Assembly: GCA_950097015.1 (NCBI GenBank)
Contig: CATNEN010000011.1
Location: forward strand, 868,001-932,000
From: Macrostomum hystrix
Taxonomy: Eukaryota > Animalia > Platyhelminthes
DNA length: 64,000 bases
Direction of reading: 5' to 3'
A program made the position numbers and the translations under genes. Below the pieces are notes generated by a model, which saw nothing but the letters and a program-made list of their open reading frames with translations, made no database searches and was not told where the DNA came from. This document shows, in pieces, positions 57,956 through 64,000 of the stretch. Position 1 is the first letter of the stretch, and each line of letters starts with the position of its first letter.

Positions 57956-58371
57956 AACTAAACTGTATGGATATGGATGAAGGTAGAAAGATAAGGGCCT
58001 AACTGCATGTGTTACATTTAATAAAGAACCAATTAGGTGCACAGGGGGGTTTGTATGACGCCAGAATGAGAAATGACGCATGAGATATATGCGTAAAAAC
58101 CAAGATCCATGCTTGCGTAAAAGCTGAATTAAAAAAATAGTGTATATTTAAGCACTGCAAAACAAAGACAGAATTTAAGTTCTAACCGCAAAAAGCAGAA
58201 CAAAATCTGAAAAACTACTGCCAATTGTCTTGGTACATATCTTTTTAATTGTACCAACTAACAATAACTTTTTAATCTTAAAATCAAAATACTAACACAC
58301 TAAAAGTGTGGGTAAAGATGTGAAAAAGCTGTATATACATGTAAGACTGCGAATGAGGCCATAAATGTAAA

Positions 58372-58735
58372 CGTGAGTGAGGCTGTGAATGTGAGTGAGG
58401 CTGTAAATGTGAGTGAGGCTGTGAATGTGAGTGAGGCTGTAAATGTGAGTGAGGCTGTAAATGTGAGTGAGGCTGTGAATGTGAGTGAGGCTGTAAATGT
58501 GAGTGAGGCTGTGAATGTGAGTGAGGCTGTAAATGTGAGTGAGGCTGTGAATGTAAGTGAGGCTGTGAATGTGAGTGAGGCTGTGAATGTGAGTGAGGCT
58601 GTAAATGTGAGTGAGGCTGTGAATGTGAGTGAGGCTGTAAATGTGAGTGAGGCTGTGAATGTGAGTGAGGCTGTGAATAAAGTTGTGAGTGTGAATGAGG
58701 CTGTGAATAAGGCTGTGAATGAGGCTGTGAATGAT
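58372..58735. repeat. 18-bp minisatellite GTGAGTGAGGCTGT(G/A)AAT
   Basis: About 19 units. Confidence 0.95.
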
Positions 58736-58750
58736 TTCACAGCGCTTAAG

Positions 58751-59087
58751 ATTTGCAGCATGTCTGTGTCATTTTGAATAGCTGTATATCCCTCCCATTG
58801 TGTGTCACTTCTTTGTTATCCACTGCTTACTGTATATTGACAGCAGCGGATCTCACAGTGTTTATCATTTGCAGCATGTCTGTGTCATTTTGAATAGCTG
58901 TATATCCCTCCCATTGTGTGTCACTTCTTTGTTATCCACTGCTTACTGTATATTGACAGCAGCGGATCTCACAGTGTTTATCATTTGCAGCATGTCTGTG
59001 TCATTTTGAATAGCTGTATATCCCTCCCATTGTGTGTCACTTCTTTGTTATCCACTGCTTACTGTATATTGACAGCAGCGGATCTCA
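58751..59087 (+). repeat. 116-bp tandem repeat, about 2.9 copies
   Basis: Identical blocks at 58800, 58916 and 59032. Confidence 0.95.
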
Positions 59088-59719
59088 AGAAGGCGCCGCT
59101 TCAAGACAGTTAGAAACTGCTGAAAAAGCAGGCCGCATGCGTCATCTGTGCAGCTGTGTATACCTGCCCCATCTAGTGTCATTTCTGAGTCTTCTATTAG
59201 ATTCTGTATATAGAAGGCGCCGCTTCAAGACAGTTAGAAACTGCTGAAAAGGCAGGCCGCATGCGTCATCTGTGCAGCTGTGTATACCTGCCCCATCTAG
59301 TGTCATTTCTGAGTCTTCTATTAGATTCTGTATATAGAAGGCGCCGCTTCAAGACAGTTAGAAACTGCTGAAAAAGCAGGCCGCATGCGTCATCTGTGCA
59401 GCTGTGTATACCTGCCCCATCTAGTGTCATTTCTGAGTCTTCTATTTGATTCTGTATATAGAAGGCGCCGCTTCAAGACAGTTAGAAACTGCTGAAAAAG
59501 CAGGCCGCATGCGTCATCTGTGCAGCTGTGTATACCTGCCCCATCTAGTGTCATTTCTGAGTCTTCTATTTGATTCTGTATATAGAAGGCGCCGCTTCAA
59601 GACAGTTAGAAACTGCTGAAAAAGCAGGCCGCATGCGTCATCTGTGCAGCTGTGTATATCTGTCCCATCTAGTGTCATTTCTGAGTCTTCTATTTGATTC
59701 TGTATATAGAAGGCGCCGC
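59088..59719 (+). repeat. 124-bp satellite, 5 copies, forward orientation
   Basis: Unit starts AGAAGGCGCCGCT at 59088, 59212, 59336, 59460, 59584 and (partial) 59708. Confidence 0.97.
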
Positions 59720-60389
59720 TATGATGCTTATGAGGATCGAATTGTTAGTGATAAAGTTTACGATTTGCAATATTTGTTTGGTTGTATGGCGCAATTTTTT
59801 TGGTGACGAAACTATTTTTTCTTTTATTTGATATCCTGGTGCCATGGATACCATGGGTGCCATGGATACCATGGGTCCTATGGAGCCATGATGCACGGTT
59901 GTTTTGTGCGGTGTGAGATTTGCGGTTTTTCTATCTCTCGACAGTTTTTTGAGTTGAGTAATAGATAATATATACTTCGCGGCTTTTTAAAAAGTTGTTC
60001 ACGAAGTACGTTTTATCAATATGGTCGAGTTTGCGCAACTTGAACACTCAAATAGACTCGAGTGTTTAGAGGTGGTGAATGATAGACGGTGACACCTATG
60101 TGAGGAGCATTTTTGTTGCACTAAATTTATGATTGCGCAATTTTAAATCGGAGGCAAAGCAGTGCTTCCAATTCCAATTCCAATTTCCAATTTGAAATTT
60201 GAATGAGACTTGTTATGTTTTTGCAAAGTCTGTCGAAAGCCAAAACCAATGATATGCTATCTATATTTTTATTGGCCGATGACTGACTTCATCCCCACCT
60301 TTGAGCACAGGCATCGTATTTAAGTCATGACTCTAGATACATTTTTAATCATATAATCCTATTTTAAGTATATTTTTCGGTTTCAAAAA

Positions 60390-62146
60390 ATGGAAAAATC
60401 CTTCATTGAAAAACTTCTTCAATGGGAGAAATGGACCTCCAGCAAAGTCCAGCAGCCCGCCACCGTCCAGCAGCCCGCCACCGTCCAGCAGCCCGCCACC
60501 GTCCAGCAGCCCGCCACCGTCCAGCAGCCCGCCACCGTCCAGCAGCCCGCCACCGTCCAACAGCCCGCCACCGTCCAACAGCCCGCCACCGTCCAACAGC
60601 CCGCCACCGTCCAACAGCCTGCCGCCGTTGAGCCGAAGAAGATGCGGGCCGGGCAAGAGTACATCTGCCCTTTCGGCAATTGCTTGCCAATAAAAAAGTC
60701 CCGCTTCAGCGAGCACCTAAAAAGATCCCACGTGACTGTGCTAGAGAGCACAAAGCAGCAGCTAGCAGCAACCGGAATTTCATCTGAAGCTGCGCTTCAA
60801 AAAGAGGCCTTGAAAGCTGTGCGTGCGGCAGTTAAGCTGCACACCCATCAGCTGACTGCCAGCCCGATGCCGGAGATGGCCACATCTGCGGCGAGTGGCG
60901 GAATAATCCGAATCTATTATCCAGCCACTTGCGCAACAGCCATCCTGTCGCTGTCAGAGCGGCAAAACAACAAAAGCTGGCTGACGCCAGGTTAAAAGTG
61001 CCGGCCAGAGCGGTGGTGGCCGAGCATCCTTCAGCCGCTGATGTTGAGGCCCTGTGCGTCTTCCTAGCGAGCTCGCTCGGCGGACGCAGAAAACCGGCTA
61101 CGGTCCGGGAAATCCGGTGCTATCTGAAACGGCTGATGCAGCGCCTCGACATAGTCAGCTTTGAGCAGCTGATCGGCGAGGATCGGCGTGGCGCGGTAAG
61201 CGCCTACTTGGACAGCCTGACATACCTAATGCTGAAGCAGACAGTTTCCGCCCTTGAGAAGGTCGGAAACTTTCTGATTTCGGCGCGCTACCAGCGCATC
61301 TTCGATGGTGGGCTGCAGCAGCAGCTCACCTCGTACCGGCAGGCCACCAAAAATTGGACGGCGAGCTCGAGCTCGTCGGCTGCTGCTAGCGCCGACCTGC
61401 CTGCTGCTGGCGCCGACATGCCTACTGCTGGCGCCCACCTGTCTGCTGCTGGCGCCGACCTGCCTGCTGCTGGCGCCGACATGCCTACTGCTGGCGCCGA
61501 CCTGCCTGCTGCTGGCGCCGACATGCCTACTGCTGGCGCCGACCTGCCTGCTGCTGGCGCCGACATGCCTACTGCTGGCGCCGACCTGCCTGCTACTGGC
61601 GCCGACCTGTCTGCTGCTGGCGCCGACCTGTCTGCTGCTGGCGCCGACCTGTCTGCTGCTGGCGCCGACCTGTCTGCTGCTGGCGCCGACCTGTCTGCTG
61701 CTGGCGCCGACCTGCCTGCTGCTGGCGCTAAAGTCGACTCCGCCAAGCCGCCGGGTAACCGCTTGGCTCGAAAGCGACGTCCAGAGTTCAGCGCCAGCAC
61801 CAGCGCCGCTAGTCCAGCGAGCAAGCGGCCAGAAGTTGAGCGGCAAGAAGTTCAGCCAGGCTGCCTTGTTCTCGGCTACTGGCCAACGGACGGAGAGAAC
61901 TGGTGGCCGGCAATGGTTTGCCTACCCAGCCACGGTTCGAGCTGCACAAAAGGCATTTGCACTCTAAAAATTCATGTGCAATTTTTCGATAAACCGCCGT
62001 CGAGTGCCTGGCTCCACCGGTGGCAGCTTGTAAGCGGAGCAGAGCCGACTCCAAACAATGCCTCCAAAAAGCTCCGCCAAGCCTACGAGCAAATGGCGAA
62101 GGCCAGCAAACTCGAAATTGAGTCTCGCTTAGACAATTTTTTATAA
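60390..62146 (+). CDS. Zinc finger(s) + tyrosine-recombinase core-binding-like helical domain + PWWP domain protein, split by one frameshift at about 60836-60856
   Basis: ORF1 has YICPFGNC..FSEHLKRSH. The second frame is open from 60836 and reads CQPDAGDGHICGEW..LSSHLRNSH, then FLASSLGGRRKPATVREIRCYLKRL, then PWWP (GCLVLGYW..NWWPAMVC..HVQFFDKPPSSAW). Confidence 0.65.
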
Positions 62147-62321
62147 AGAATCAACTGTTTGCTCTTATCTATTATTTGCACGAAACTTTTTAATCTTTAA
62201 CTTTATACTTGTCATTGCTCTTGTAATATACTTGTAATAACTGCGTAAAAATGTATAAAACTTGCACCATAATTCAAAAACACATTTTCGCTGCGCTATT
62301 TCAATGCTAGACAAAATACTG

Positions 62322-64000
62322 AGAAATGACACTAGATGGGGCAGATATACACAGCTGCACAGATGACGCATGCGGCCTGCTTTTTCAGCAGTTTCTAACT
62401 GTCTTGAAGCGGCGCCTTCTATATACAGAATCTAATAGAAGACTCAGAAATGACACTAGATGGGGCAGATAGACACAGCTGCACAGATGACGCATGCGGC
62501 CTGCCTTTTCAGCAGTTTCTAACTGTCTTGAAGCGGCGCCTTCTATATACAGAATCTAATAGAAGACTCAGAAATGACACTAGATGGGGCAGATATACAC
62601 AGCTGCACAGATGACGCATGCGGCCTGCTTTTTCAGCAGTTTCTAACTGTCTTGAAGCGGCGCCTTCTATATACAGAATCTAATAGAAGACTCAGAAATG
62701 ACACTAGATGGGGCAGATATACACAGCTGCACAGATGACGCATGCGGCCTGCTTTTTCAGCAGTTTCTAACTGTCTTGAAGCGGCGCCTTCTATATACAG
62801 AATCTAATAGAAGACTCAGAAATGACACTAGATGGGGCAGATAGACACAGCTGCACAGATGACGCATGCGGCCTGCTTTTTCAGCAGTTTCTAACTGTCT
62901 TGAAGCGGCGCCTTCTATATACAGAATCAAATAGAAGACTCAGAAATGACACTAGATGGGGCAGATATACACAGCTGCACAGATGACGCATGCGGCCTGC
63001 TTTTTCAGCAGTTTCTAACTGTCTTGAAGCGGCGCCTTCTATATACAGAATCTAATAGAAGACTCAGAAATGACACTAGATGGGGCAGATAGACACAGCT
63101 GCACAGATGACGCATGCGGCCTGCTTTTTCAGCAGTTTCTAACTGTCTTGAAGCGGCGCCTTCTATATACAGAATCAAATAGAAGACTCAGAAATGACAC
63201 TAGATGGGGCAGATAGACACAGCTGCACAGATGACGCATGCGGCCTGCTTTTTCAGCAGTTTCTAACTGTCTTGAAGCGGCGCCTTCTATATACAGAATC
63301 AAATAGAAGACTCAGAAATGACACTAGATGGGGCAGATAGACACAGCTGCACAGATGACGCATGCGGCCTGCTTTTTCAGCAGTTTCTAACTGTCTTGAA
63401 GCGGCGCCTTCTATATACAGAATCAAATAGAAGACTCAGAAATGACACTAGATGGGACAGGTATACACAGCTGCACAGATGACGCATGCGGCCTGCCTTT
63501 TCAGCAGTTTCTAACTGTCTTGAAGCGGCGCCTTCTATATACAGAATCTAATAGAAGACTCAGAAATGACACTAGATGGGACAGGTATACACAGCTGCAC
63601 AGATGACGCATGCGGCCTGCTTTTTCAGCAGTTTCTAACTGTCTTGAAGCGGCGCCTTCTATATACAGAATCTAATAGAAGACTCAGAAATGACACTAGA
63701 TGGGACAGGTATACACAGCTGCACAGATGACGCATGCGGCCTGCCTTTTCAGCAGTTTCTAACTGTCTTGAAGCGGCGCCTTCTATATACAGAATCAAAT
63801 AGAAGACTCAGAAATGACACTAGATGGGGCAGGTATACACAGCTGCACAGATGACGCATGCGGCCTGCTTTTTCAGCAGTTTCTAACTGTCTTGAAGCGG
63901 CGCCTTCTATATACAGAATCAAATAGAAGACTCAGAAATGACACTAGATGGGACAGGTATACACAGCTGCACAGATGACGCATGCGGCCTGCTTTTTCAG
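62322..64000 (-). repeat. The same 124-bp satellite, at least 13.5 copies, inverted orientation, running off the window
   Basis: AGAAATGACACTAGATGG recurs every 124 bp and is the reverse complement of the 59088-59719 unit. Confidence 0.97.

Noticed and set aside
56043-58761. Several 130-320 aa ORFs in multiple frames
   Set aside because: All are translations of 21-, 16- or 18-bp minisatellites.

Overview
Eukaryotic (metazoan) genomic DNA with GT-AG introns. Compact exons are separated by introns and spacers that each carry a different minisatellite. The style suggests a repeat-rich flatworm such as Macrostomum, but that is inference only. Host genes, reconstructed by hand with phase-consistent splice sites: a USP30-like deubiquitinase (-, 5 exons), PUS1 pseudouridine synthase (-, 4 exons), PFKFB 6-phosphofructo-2-kinase/fructose-2,6-bisphosphatase (+, 6 exons, head-to-head with PUS1) and a secreted C-type lectin/PAN-like protein (+, 2 exons). 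The right half is mobile-element-rich: a 5'-truncated LINE, a frameshifted Crypton-type tyrosine recombinase behind a hairpin- and CCATAGAC-rich region, a hAT MITE carrying a minisatellite, and three tRNA-derived SINE families. Two things stand out. (1) Three separately listed ORFs splice in frame into one 928-aa pogo/Tigger DD35D transposase fused to an OTU protease domain. (2) A zinc-finger / integrase-core-binding-like / PWWP cassette is enclosed by inverted arrays of a 124-bp satellite, like a foldback element. Most long ORFs in the supplied track are artefacts of stop-free tandem repeats. No database searches were run; family assignments come from recognised motifs.
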